From NCBI GenBank assembly GCA_038087875.1, contig CM075989.1, positions 3,658,001 through 3,722,000 on the forward strand: a stretch of DNA of 64,000 nt. The letters are read 5' to 3'. This stretch comes from Malacoraja senta. Lineage: Eukaryota. Made by a program: the position numbers and the translations under genes. This document shows, piece by piece, positions 25,286 through 38,653 of the stretch (its first letter is position 1; every line of letters begins with the position of its first letter). A model generated the notes under the pieces. That model saw only the letters and a program-made list of their open reading frames with translations, did no database searches and had not been told where the DNA came from.

Positions 25286-26687
25286 TAACACTATCCTATA
25301 CACACACTAGGGCACAATTTAAATTGTTACCAAAGCCAATTAACCTACAAACCTGTACGTCTTTGGAGTGTGGGAGGAAACCGGAGCACTCGGAGAAAAC
25401 CCATGCCGGTCACGGGGAGAACGTACAAACTCCATACAGACAGCACCCGTAGTCAGGATCAAACCCGGGTCTCTGGCGCTGTAAGGTATCAACACTACCG
25501 CTGTGCCACCGTGTCGGCCCTAGGATCTAACATTGGATCAGTGAGTCAGATGGAATATGATTCAAAACTGCTTTTGTACAACTGGAAGTTCACCGCACAA
25601 CCCGCTGAAGAGAAAAAAGAATCCAGGATTAAAACCTTCAAACAAGAGGAATAGAATGACTCCATTGAAATGGGAATGAAAGAAGCCTTAAAAAATACTT
25701 AGGATATAATGCAATAAAAGTCATTAAAATTAATAGTATCAAAGATGGCAGAACGTTTAAATCAGTGCTTAGTGGGTGAGGGAGATTCTGTACATGTGGT
25801 AAAACATGGTAAAGAAAGTTAAAAGAACGTTTGAGAGTCACCCAGAAAAACTTGAACAACTTTGTAGGACATTGTAGTAAAGATAAAAGATTGATGCTTT
25901 CAACCAAGATATCTGAGATATCATCTGATATTGGGAACGCTTTTAGCACTGATTGAGAAGGCTGAGGAACTCTATCATGCAACAAGGATTAGACTTGCAG
26001 ATTAGGAAGCCTCGTCCTCCAGCTGCCAAACAGCGAACTGATAAACTTCTTCACCTGTTAAACAATATCCATTCTATATTTAGAGATTCGGCCACTGTGT
26101 TTACAGGTGTCTCATAATCTCATGGTTTGGAAGAAATTACAAATATTCTCTCTTCCTGTAACAGTTCAAACATTTAAAAAATTCAACACACACACATAAA
26201 ATGTTAATTATTAATTCAGCATGCAATCAACAATGGTTTTTAGGTAATCTAACAGTGATCAGTGGGCTATATTTGTTTAACATGAGATCGTATCCGTGTA
26301 TTTCCCTATTTAATCTAGTAAACATGAAATTAAAAAGTGTTTTCTCATGAGTGCAATGGGATAAAAAAAATAATTAAATATTTTTACAAGGCAAAAGCTG
26401 ATACAGGTAGTCTGCTAAAACAGATGTTTCCTTTATATAAGTTGACTTTAACATGATTGATGAGTTAGGGGACACTATTAGTATTATGCGGGCCAATTCA
26501 GTTATAAAGCGATTTATATCGGGAACCAGAGAACAACTTAAAAGTTAATTTAACATGCAGAAGAAAAATTGAATCCAGGGATAAAAAAAAGTTTCCATGT
26601 ATCCTCCCTGCAGTAATCAGACACTATTGTCTCTTAAGAACATGGTTCATCATGGGGTGGCCATGAAAAGTGACGAGTCTTCTTTTG

Positions 26688-26940
26688 AAAGATACAGCAT
26701 GGGAACAGACTCTTCGGCTCACCAACCCACGCCGACCATTGATTACCCGTTCACATTAGTTCTATGTTATCCCACTTTCTCTTCCGCTCCCTACACACTA
26801 CAGAGGCCAATTAACCTACAATCCCACACATCTTGGGGATGTGGGAGGTCACCGGAGGGCCTGGAGGTAAACCTACCTGGACACAGCATCACCCGGGGTC
26901 ACAATCAAACCCAGGTCTCTGGTGCCATGAGGCAGTAACT
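26688..26940 (-). mobile_element. HE1/V-SINE-type SINE (diverged)
   Basis: aaagatacagcatgggaacag...ccaattaacctaca...gatgtgggagg. Confidence 0.65.
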
Positions 26941-27112
26941 CAAGAGAGAGGGTTTTATCATCGGAGCTATTGCATTTTTCAGCTTGAAATTGTGCAATAT
27001 GATGCATACTGTAGCGAGTCTTTAAATTTACACTTGAATGCAACATTTATGCTTTAAATTGGATTAGCTATGAATAAGGTTAGGCATAATTACATTCCTA
27101 ATTACATTCCAC

Positions 27113-27346
27113 AGTAGAGCCAGGCTCTGATCAACAGGTGCAGCACATGGATGATCTCACATCGACCCGGCACAGACATATTTGCACTTTAGACTGTTTT
27201 ACTGTTCTTTTTTTTATAAATCATGTTTCTCGGGGTATCTAAATTTTATTAGTGTTTAAGTTATGACATCGGATGGAAGCTGCATACCAAATCTCGTTGC
27301 ACCTATGTGCAATGACAATAAAATATATTATTATTATTATTATTAT
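27113..27346 (+). mobile_element. LINE 3' end (Rex1/L2-like) with (ATT)n tail
   Basis: aaatctcgttgcacctatgtgcaatgacaataaa stem-loop and polyA signal, followed by (att)n. Confidence 0.6.
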
Positions 27347-28369
27347 GTATGGAAATCAGATTATAATCAAGCACTTGGCCCATGCTGACCAACCTGGGTC
27401 TCACTGCACACCTGGTACTACTCCTGACCGACTCCAGTTGCATACCTTCTCTCATTCCTGACCCTGAGTCCAGCCTTATACCTGCCCCCCTATTCTAACC
27501 TGATCATAGCTGCTTACCTGCTTAGGTACCCAATGCTGAACACTCCCATTGTCCCAGCTTTGACTGCACACCTAGTACTATTCCAGACTGACTCTGGATG
27601 CACACTTGGCCTTGCTCCTAGCCCCTCAGCTCTGAAAATATATCTGGCCCACACATAAAGCCCCATATCTGACCCCTGGACTTAACCTATTACGTTCAAG
27701 TCCACAGGTGCTTATCTAATGCGGTAATCTTTTATGGGGCACTTCACGGACCAAATTTTGCATAACAAAATTTGTTACATCCATTGGCTTCCTTGTTATC
27801 TAACATGCTAGTTACTTTGTCAAAGAAGTCATCAATTGGTTGAACACAATTTCTCATCCATAAAATTATACTCACTCAGCTGTATAAGTATTCTGTTACC
27901 ATTTCCTTCATTTTCCTAACAGACTGTCCTGAAGTCATTTTCACCCCAAATATTTTCAGTATTTTGCTGTCTTCCTCTCAGCTGGGACTTTTTCGAAATG
28001 CAAAATCCAATAACAATATATATTTAATCAATAATATTCTATTTAATGTGATCTTGAGTGTACATAATATTTTCTGTATTCATAACACAACAATGATAAA
28101 AAGATATTTGTTTTGATTGCACCTACCAACATGCATACATTATTATATTACAGTTAATATGTACCGAGGGCAAATTTTTGTTCCAATGCTCTTCATTCCC
28201 AATTACTGTCACATTGAAGTCATTGAAATCCATGTGACGTTTAATAGGCATCAGAAAAATAAAACCTCAAGAATGGCAGCTCAGTCACTCAGGCCTGGCA
28301 GCTCAGTCAGTCAGGCCTGGCAGGCTGGGAGCTCAGAGGTCGTGGCTCACTCATGACCTCTGCACTCAT

Positions 28370-28618
28370 GGGAAATGACGCAATCAGCGAGACCTTTCCA
28401 CTAAGCGGAAATCAGCTGCTTTAATAAGAGCCTGACCCACTTCATTGGGCGAGGGGTGGCCCACTGGCCAAATTTGTAATCCAATTGGTGGGGTATTGAA
28501 ACACACCAATTGGTGGGCCTACGTATTGATCTATCTTTGCGGGGAGCGTTGATTGGAAAGGTGTGTTCTGAAAATCGGCATTGACTGCCAGCGCGAAGAG
28601 GCTAGGCGCTGAATCCTC
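28370..28618. promoter_or_regulatory. CCAAT-rich promoter-like block
   Basis: CCAAT/ATTGG at 28444, 28481, 28506, 28552; TGACGCAAT at 28376; GCGGAA at 28405; CpG-containing. Confidence 0.45.
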
Positions 28619-30088
28619 AGTGCCCAGCAGAGAGGGGTGTCTGCGTGAAGGTGTCTGAGTCCCTCCTTGAAGTGACAGACGAGGAACCTCTTAAAGGTAC
28701 TGGGCTCAGTGGATAGAGTATAGATTGGCTGAGAATACTCAAGTCCATTCGAGATTTCATTGAGCCCGCATACGTGGAGTGGTACGCACCAAAACTAGGA
28801 GTCCAAGAACGAGTCACGACTTGCAGAATCAAATTTCCAAATACAGAATTTCACGTTGAAGTTCTGCCCGTACGGTAGAATTCGAAGTCTGTGTAGATAA
28901 AACTTCGGAGTTTGTCCATGTTCATGATCAATTCCGAATAGCGGCTGATCAACAGTGAATAGTAACCCTCTGGTCAATTGTTGATTAGTACCTAAGCGAA
29001 GAGTACCTGAGAGACGAGAACCTGATTTACTTGGTGAAAAGTAATCCGAATGCGAAGGGAACCCCTAATTCTGTAGAACTTAGAGAGGAGGGATAGAGAT
29101 CCCCCTATAGAAGGCCAAACTTAGCGTGAGGATAGTAACATTCGGGAGGAAAAGTAGTCATTTAAGGAGTAGTACCCCTCAGCAAAGAGTAACCTAGGAA
29201 GGGGAAAATCTTCGGTATTGGAGGGAGAAGTTCACTGATTGATAACAGCGTGACGCGGCGTTGAGATCAAGTGTTTGTACTTGTGCGCTAGCGCGTTAAA
29301 TTATTTTTTGTAAATTGTAAAAATCTAGCTTTTTGTATTGTTATCGGATCCGAATTGTGTAAATATGTTGTGTATGTAAATAGATTTAGAGTGTATTAAG
29401 ATTTAGAAAGTTAAGATTTAGAGTGTGCTAAGTTCGCGGACCGCTATTTGTATTTCTGCTTGTGTGAGTGTTTCAGGATTTCGATAATTGAAGTAAAAGT
29501 GTGCTTGAATTAAATATTTGCAATTGTTTAGATCGTAGTATTGTGAGAATCTGAGTCATGGTTCGATCAGGGTTTGTACTCTTTCGGTCGCTGTGTCGGG
29601 GAAGGAGTCATTCCGCTGACCAATTGCGCCACGAGGAGGATTTATTAGAATACGTGATTTATAATAAACAAATGTTTGTGGTTTATGTAGGAGTGTGGTT
29701 GTGCCTGATAATAAAGGTAGTGTGATTTCCTGCTTGTGTACTGTGTTACTTGCGTGTCTGAAGATCATTTTCGAGTGTTTCGATTGAGGATTAAATGTGT
29801 GCGAGAATGTGTTTGATTGTGCTCGAATGTGATGATTGTTTCCTGGAAGACTCTGATCCTTGAATGACTGGGGATTGAGAATATTGTAAGGTTGAAAGGG
29901 TGTGGACTTGTGGGAGATAGGAGAAGAATTTGAATAGGAGATAGGATTGGTGGAGCAAAGGAGAAAATAGTTGCGAGGCTGCAAACGTTTTGAGCCATTA
30001 GCCATTGTTCAGGAGCGAGCTTGATAAATTTAGGGATCAAAAGGAAGGAATGGAGGATTTAGGAATTCTGTTTCGGGTGTTCGGAAGC

Positions 30089-32726
30089 ATGGGGAATAGT
30101 ATAGAGCGAGATATGACAGAAGAGGAAACAAGCCCATTGCAACTAATGTGTAACGAGTTCCCTCACATGGCAGAGAAATGAAGAAATTTATCAGGAGCGT
30201 TAAATAAGAAATTATGCCCCCCGACTATGGCCGCCGGGGGGCATTAGAATAGTAAAAGGGATAAAATACATTGAACGGATTATTTGGCAGCATAGCAATA
30301 ACGAAAGTGAAAAAGAATAAATAGGGTTATGGAGAAAATATTATGAGGAAACGCGATCGCTAAACTCGGATAAGATCTGAAAGAACGTGAAGTAGATCAA
30401 CCTCCAGGCAGTAGGAAGGACAGGAGTGGAGATTAGGGGAAACACACAGAACAAGGAAAAGGCAGATCTCCTGGAAGGAAATTAGTCCCTGTAAATTTAA
30501 AGATTAGCAATCCGATGGGCTGACCGAGGGGGAAGGAGATGAATATTTGGAAGAATGGACAAATGTTAACGCTAGTGGAAGTTCACAACTCCCACCATGT
30601 TCTTCTTGCGTTTCCCAGGCTTCACTAGCACCGTGTATGACTTGTGTCCGTAATAAATATTTTAGGTCTGCAGAATCTATAACAACTCCTGCAGATTCTA
30701 CATCTGAACAGATTCTACCAACATCAGATACTGGGGTACCAGATTCTTCGACCCTATCCACTCCATCATTGATAGATCGTCCAGTGGCTTATGGCACCCG
30801 GATTAGAACAAAGAGGTTAGCTCCTGTGTTTAAAGAAAAAGAAGGTATGTTAGATATAGTGCAACTGCCAGAGTATTTCTGCGAGCCACAACCTAGACAG
30901 ATTACACGAGTAGTAAGAAAAAGGAATGATTTATTTGGACAGTATCGGGAAACCCCTAGCAAACGGGAAGATTCATCTGAGGGTGAGACAGTGATTGAAG
31001 ATACCGAGATAGATTTTGATGTAACCGAAAGTTTACAAATTAAACAGATATCCCATAGGCAGTACCCAGTAAGGGAGGGGCTAAGTACAGCGGATTCGAC
31101 CAGCGCAGAAGGTATGATTAATCCCCGTGCAACAGACATCCACACTCCATGGAAGCCCCATGAAATAATGGCAGTACCAAACAGAATCCCTGATAGAAAA
31201 ATGTCATCTGCTGCTTTTAGAGATTATTTAAGAACCACAATGCGTGTATATCATGCAGATTCCCGGGATTTGTAGGAGACCATACAACAGATCATTACTC
31301 CAGCTGAAAATACCAAATTTCTAGTAGCCCTAGGACATCCAATTTATGAAGCCTTGGCAAACGTAGTAATGGATGACAGTGCAAGAGAAGAGGCTGTTTT
31401 AACGGCCCTTGCAAAAACGTTTCAGAAACCAAATGATGAGGAACAGCTTCTTCAACAACACTATCACATTGCTGAACTCGGAGTCCCGTCGATAGATTTC
31501 TCCAGTCTCTCCGTCCACATTGTTTGCCTATTCTGTATTTTTATTCTGTATATTATTCTTATTCTGTATTTTATTTCTATATTGCAATATTACTACGAAC
31601 AGACGCTAAACTGCATTTCGTTGTACCCATACTTGTATCTGTGCAATGACAATTAAAATTGAATTGAATTGAATTAAACGAATTCTGGAAATAAAACCAA
31701 AAAAGGGTGAAGGGGCAGACGAATTTCTAGACCGTTTTTCAAAGTTATATATGGACCAATCAGGTGACTTAGACTATCAGAATGGAGCAAGTTCCCCTCA
31801 GTATTGTGCTATCCTTTTGAATTGTCTCCCCACTAAAGTAGCAGACTTAATTAAGACTGATAGCAGGAACTGGTCTGAGAACCGAGCCAGTCAAATGGCC
31901 AGAGCTGTGAGGCACTATTGGAAGGAGGGTAGGAACTAGGAAAATTATCCTGGGTAGAGAAATAATTGCCAAGATCTAACTGTGAACCATGGATTCCCAG
32001 AGTACCAGCAAATTACAGATTACGAGAAATTAGGGTTCCAGAATACTCGGATTATTATCAAAACTACACTCCCAATTTATAACCCATTCCAATGGAACCA
32101 AGGGGTAGAATAAAGCCAACCATATTGCCTAATCAATGCTACACTTATGGGGGGATGGGACATTGGAGTCGAACCTGTCCAACAAGGGAGCGAGTGAGAG
32201 AGAGGGTTCAAAGAAGGGATTTCCAGGATTACGAAGAAATTAGAGATCCTAGACGATATAGAAACATCCGAGATCCCAGGAATTATGGGAGGTCCTTTAA
32301 TTCAAGAGACTATTGGGACTCAAGAGAACAGAGAGAGAGATGGCCCGAATGTCAGGAACCAAGAAGCCACAAGCCGTTCACTCAAGCTAACCCATTTTTT
32401 AGTCCTGACTTACCAACCCGTCCAGGAATTGTGGGCGTGGAGACATGACCCCTACTCTAGAACCCCCTCAAGTAATTTATCAGAATGAACGAATTGGATG
32501 TACTATTGTAGTAAAAACTGAAGATCACATAAAAGAAAATTGTAAACAATCTTATGACTGCCCCAGAAACCCCCTCAGAGCAAAGAACTTTGTAAATCAA
32601 GGAGCTTGTTACAACTGTACACAATTAGGTCATTGGAGCAAGGAGTGCCCAGCGAGAAGACAGAATATAGCAGGAAGAAAGAAAAATCAAGGGGCAATAA
32701 AGAAAGTAAGAAAAGGAACAGAGTAG
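30089..32726 (+). pseudogene. Retroviral-type gag, disrupted (MA-CA-NC)
   Basis: ATG GGG AAT (MGN) at 30089 with a WPPGG matrix-like motif; capsid MHR-like IKPKKGEGADEFLDRF at ~31690; knuckles CYTYGGMGHWSRTC (32137-32178) and CYNCTQLGHWSKEC (32607-32648). Confidence 0.75.
31438..31675 (+). mobile_element. Rex1/RTE-like LINE 3' end inserted in gag
   Basis: RNSFFNNTITLLNS C-terminal motif, catttcgttgtac...aatgacaat tail, (gaatt)n; the gag reading resumes afterwards. Confidence 0.7.
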
Positions 32727-33814
32727 CTGGTGTGATAAAAAATGACACTAGGGAAAGAAACAAACTTATTGTGCAGGAGGTACGGGAGTGGGGAAAGGAG
32801 CTATTATACTAACTTGTTACTGAGTTTGTGCCTACAGGACAGTATGATTGACAACATACTATCTGGGGAGTGAGGTAAAAAATATACAGACCCCTTGAGA
32901 ACGGGCAGAAGACAGCAACGGTAACGTAGCTCCCCAGAAACAAGAATCAACAAGCAGGAGGAAACTATACTGTCCTGTCCCTTTAAGACAAATCTGGGAA
33001 GGCCAACCGATAGAGCAAGCTGCTCCTTAGTATCCTTACTACCTTGAAACTGACATCAGAGAAGAAGACCTACCCTAGTGCCCAACTTTAACATCATCTA
33101 GCTATTGACGCCAGTGAAGGAAGGAAAGTAACACTATCTAATCTTTCCTAAAGAAACAACACCGACAACCTATGACGACTATTGGAGCAAGCTCCACTTT
33201 AAAGAATCGAATTTGTATTTGAAAAAGACATTCCTCTGTGGTTCGGGGCAAAATACTTGCTTTGCGCCAACATTTAGTTATAAATAAATTGATTTAAAGA
33301 GGGCTTATGGGATATAGTCTTAAAAATTGTTAGAGAATTGACTGATGATTTGGCATTCTTCTTTTGTCTCATCCATAGGAGGATAATCGAAGATGGGACG
33401 GGACTATTTAGTTACTATCAAGAAAGGTACAGACCCTAGCGGATATCAGGAATCAAGGCACACCCTGGAAATGTAAGGTGGTATTATAAAATAATGAGGT
33501 AGACTGAAAATTTATGAGTTCCCCTAGGAAAGTCAATACTAACCATCTAGAAAGAGTTACTTAAGAGAAAAAAGGAAACTAATATAAGCGAGAACCCCTA
33601 GACTGAGAGCCGAGGAGAAGTCTATTGAATTAGAAGGAGAAACTTGAATGGGTGTGGAGATATCAGAGTCGACGTATTTAACCGATGAATCCACATTTTT
33701 TAACCCTTGATGGTAAAGTGGCTTATATTATCAAGGTAGAAAGAAATTGTCCCTAGAATTGGCATTCTTAATTGGATTTATGATAACATTGACAACATAT
33801 AGAAATTGAATGAT

Positions 33815-36800
33815 GGGGGTGAAGGAATTACATTTTGTAGTTGGAACGTTAAGGGAATTAATGAACCAATCAAGAGAGGTAAAGTATTAGCACATTTAAA
33901 ATCACTTAAAGCAGATATAATATTCCTTCAAGAAACTCATCTTTAAAAAGAAGCGCAACATAGATTGAAAGCAAAATGGATTGCTAAAACGTATCACTCC
34001 TCATTCTCACATAAGTCTAGAGGGGTTGCAATATTAATCCGTAAAGGTATACCTTTTAAACATATATCAACTATAGCGGATATCGACGGTAGATATATTA
34101 GTAGGTGAGTTATATTTTTTTTAAAGTGATTCTTCTTAATGTTTATGGACCAAATTTTGATAGCCCTTTGTTTTTCAAGAAGACACTCAATACTATCCCG
34201 GAATTTACACAACATAATTTAATAATTGGTGGAGATTTAAATTGTACATTAGATTCTTATTTAGACAGATCATCAAGACAAAGAAAATTAAAATTCCAGA
34301 CAAGTGAATTACTAAATTCATATATTAATACTACTAACATCAAAGATGTCTGGAGAATTGAAAACCCATCCGGACGAGAATACTCATTTTACTCACCGGT
34401 ACATAAAACCTATTCAAGAATAGACTATTTTTTAGTAGACTCCAAACTCATTCCATTTACCTACAACTCAAAATATCATAATATTATAATCTCGGATCAT
34501 GCACCCTTAACATTTATGATTAAACTAAATGGAATGACCGAGAAACAGACACAATGGAGACTTAACTCCCAAATTTTAAATAAAAAAGTATGTCATGAAT
34601 ATCTTATCACACAGGTTAATATGTTTTTCGAGGCTAATGACCGCCCTGAAACTTCTGCCTCCCTTCTCTGGGAAACATTTAAAGCATTTGTACGAGGAGC
34701 GTTAATCTCCTCCCAAGCCTTTCATAATAAAGAGAATCGGGCTAAACAACAGATACTGGAAATGGAAATAAAGCAATTAGACATAGAGAATGCGGCTGCG
34801 CCATCTATGATATAACACAATAAAATTGCAGTACTGAAATATAAGTTAAACCAAATATATTCAGACCAAGTCATAAAACTTTACCAGCATACTAAACAAT
34901 TACATTTTGAATTCGGTGACAAACCACTAAAACTATTAGCACATCAACTTCGAAAACTGGATGGGGAAAAAACTATTTACAAAATTAGATCAGATATGGG
35001 AGAAATACTAACACTGCCCAAGGATATCAATGACAGATTTCTACAATACTATCAAATACTTTACTCAACCAAAACAACAGAATGCTCTGCAAGAATGGAA
35101 TCATTTTTACAGAAATGTAATCTTACAGGTTTAGATCTGAAAGAGAGAGAATTACTAGGTGCTGAAATAACAGTAAAATATATCGAAGAGTCTATTAGAT
35201 CTTTAAAAAACGGAAAGGCCGCAGGCCCTGATGACCTAAGCTCTGAATTTTATAAAAAATTTTATGATCTAATTTCTCCACGTCTACAGACATTGTATAA
35301 TTACGCTTTTACTCAAAAGAAACTGCCAGAAACTTTAAACGATTCAACAATAACACATACCAAAAACAGATAAGGACCTTGAAGACCCAGGCTCATATAG
35401 AGCAATTGCTCTCTTAAACACTGATCAGAAAATATTAACTAAAATTCTAGCACATAGATTAAGTTTAGTGATTCATAAATTAGTACACCCTGATCAAACA
35501 GGTTTTATTCCAAAACGTTACTCATCTTATAATCTGAGATGATTATTTAATATTATATATTCAAATAGAATAGCTAACGTAGATCTAGCAATCATTTCGT
35601 TAAATGCTGAAAAAGCATTTGATCAGGTGAAATGGCCCTATTTATTTTCGGTGATGGAAAATTTTCAACCAGGCGAGAAGTACTGTACATGGGTTAAGCT
35701 CTTATATACTAACCCAACAGCTAGAATATTGACAAACCAAATGTTATCACCTAAATTTAATTGATCTAGAGGTTGTAGACAAGGATGCCCGTTATCCCCG
35801 TTATTATTCGCCCTTGCTATTGAACCATTAGCAGAAAGTGTTAGAGCCCACCCAGAAATATATGGGTATAATACTAAAGATAGTTCATAAAATTTCTTTA
35901 TATGCAGATGATGTATTAATATACATCACAAACCCAGAAACTAGCATCCCAAACCTGTTAAATCTAATCACCCAATTTGGTTTATTTTCGGGATACAGAA
36001 TTAATTGGAATAAAAGTGAAATTATGCCAATAACGGAACTCAGTTTACATACATTGCAACAATCCCCCTTTAAAATAGTCAACGGAAAATTTAAATATAT
36101 AGGAATTTATGTGACTAAGACATATACTTCTTTATTTAAATTAAATTTCCCACCTTTACTGAATAAACTACATAAGAATATTCAGTATTGGAAAACACTT
36201 CCTATCTCAATGTTTGGTAGAATTAATGCTATAAAAATGATCTTTCTCCCGCAATTATTGTACCTCTTTCAATCAATTCCGATATATCTCCCCAAATTTA
36301 TTTTTTTTAAAGTTGATTCCATTGTCACAAGTTTTATTTGGGATTATAAGAATCATAGAATAAGTAAAAAACATTTATGTAAATCCAAGACGAATGGAGG
36401 ATTCGCTTTACCAATTTTTTTGTTTTACTTCTGGCCAGTTAATATTAAAAATATGAACTTCTGGCTGGAAGAAATGGACCAGCAACCAGACTGGTTAAAG
36501 ATGGAAAAGGAAGACTGCTTGCCTTTTGAAATTGGCTCGATTCTGTTAGCTCCCACAAAACTGAACAAAAAAACCTATAATGAAAACCCTATAATATATA
36601 GTGGTATACGAATTTGGAAACAATTAAAAAAGACTTTAAAATTGGATAATTTATCACTCTTTCTTCCCATTGTAAACAATCCTTCATTTAAACCCTCTGT
36701 GTTGGATAAAGGTTTTACACAATGGAAAAATTATGGAATTAAAAAGGTGGGACATCTTTATAGGAAAGGCATTTTTCTTTCATTTCAGGAGTTACAACAG

Positions 36801-37904
36801 AATTATGGACTACACTCAAATAACTTTTTCATATATTTACAACTTAGAGATTATGTTAAATCACATACACAAGATTATAGAACTAGAGAGCCAGAAACTC
36901 TTGATGAATGTTTGAATAAACATCCTAATACAGGTAAATTAATATCTAATATTTATAATACCCTCTTAGATAGTGAGGTTCCGCCGACGGAATTATATAG
37001 ACAAACATGGGAAAATGAATTAGGCCAACCTATAACGAAAGATACCTGGGACGAAAGTCTACAACATATACATCAATGCTCGTTAAATGCCAGACATTCT
37101 TTTATAAATTTAAAGTATTACATAGACTGCATTACTCTAAAACAAAATTAAATAGAATTGTCCCACATATCTCTCCTATCTGTGATAAATGTCAATACTC
37201 AGAGGCTTACTTAACTCATACTTTTGTAAATTGTATAAAAATCAAAAATTTCTGGATGGCTATTTTTAGAATAATTTCTGAAGTTGTTAACACCCAATTG
37301 GATCCCGACTCAAAACTAATAATATTAGGAATATCAGAACAAAGCCTAAAACTTACAACAAGCCAAAGAAACTTCCTTGATTATAGTATAATAACTGGGA
37401 AAAAATTAATATTAAAATTTTGGAAAGGTCCAACAACACCCACAATTAAAATGTGGATTATGGAGATGTCGGAGACCTTACATTTGGAAAGAACTAGACT
37501 TGTCTTAATTGACAAACAATAATTATTTGCTGGAATATGGTCTCCATTTATTGACTTTTTGAAAGGGTAAATTGGTCCGGCACGGAAGTCTGACTGAAGC
37601 TCGAACTCAGGATTAGATGAATAATTATGTTTTATGATCTACGGACCTATCTCCAAAGTTGTATTATCGGTAAATTATTCTATTCTTTTTTATTGTGTTT
37701 TTTTCTTTTTTTCTTCCCACTTCCCATTCTATAAAAAAAACCAAATAGAAGCAGAGTTAATATACAACTAATAAATGAGGACCACTATTACTTTGACAGT
37801 TGGAATCCCATCTATTAACAATATGTAATTGATATACAAAATGTGTTTTGATTATATGTAAATGCTTCTAACAAAAATATTATTTAAATAAAATTAAAAA
37901 AATA
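33815..37904 (+). mobile_element. L1-clade LINE, ORF2-only (5'-truncated at ORF2 start), frameshifted, 14-bp TSD
   Basis: [45 protein letters not shown]-rich tail; TSD agaaattgaatgat at 33801-33814 and 37905-37918. Confidence 0.92.
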
Positions 37905-38653
37905 AGAAATTGAATGATTAAATTTGAACAGCTGGGAATTCCACAGGAGTTGGAATGGAATTGTGTTATCGACCACAATGCCGTGGAATGAGAAGGATGA
38001 GATGGACACTGAAATTAAAAATAGTAAATTGAAGGCTGAGACTGAATTTGGTTGAATTGAAACATTTTTCATCGTTTGCTTTAGATGAGAGTCATGCCTG
38101 TAGGGAAATCTGGACTGAACCCAGCAGAAATTTATATGAGAAACCATCATCAGATATACATATTATAACATCGTGTGAATATGAAGGGCTGATTAGTGTT
38201 GATCCCAGGATAGTGAAAAGTATATTATAGAACAGAATAGTAAAAGGAATACAGTGATAGAATAGAATATAATAGAGCAGAATAGCGAAATGGAAAAGGG
38301 ATAGTATTGCAGAATTATGGTGAATGTATGGGGAAGCATTGGTGCATGAATGGTAACTTGCTTTGTCCCAAGTTTTTCAGGAATTATAGGTTATAGGTTC
38401 AACTATGGAAAGAGATGGAAGAATGGGAAACAATACAGATAGAGGGAATTCGCACCCACGAAAACTCAGGAGGCGAAGCTACACCCACGTACATTCGGGA
38501 AGCTTGACAAGATTCTGCGAAGAAACATCATCATCTTGTGTTGTTGATAGATGAAGAATGTAATGGACACGTATATGTATATCTGGTTATCTGATTATCT
38601 GACTATTTAGTTATCATAAATGATGGTTTATCATATATGATAAAAGGAAGGAA

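Noticed and set aside
25638..25985. 115-aa minus-strand ORF as a gene
   Set aside because: Non-ATG start, no recognisable domain; kept only as part of the unexplained-islands finding
28615..28640. tRNA primer binding site for the ERV
   Set aside because: No TGG-initiated match to a tRNA 3' end that I can identify with confidence
32730..33814. Retroviral protease/pol after gag
   Set aside because: No D(T/S)G protease, YxDD RT or integrase motifs seen; all frames are frequently stopped
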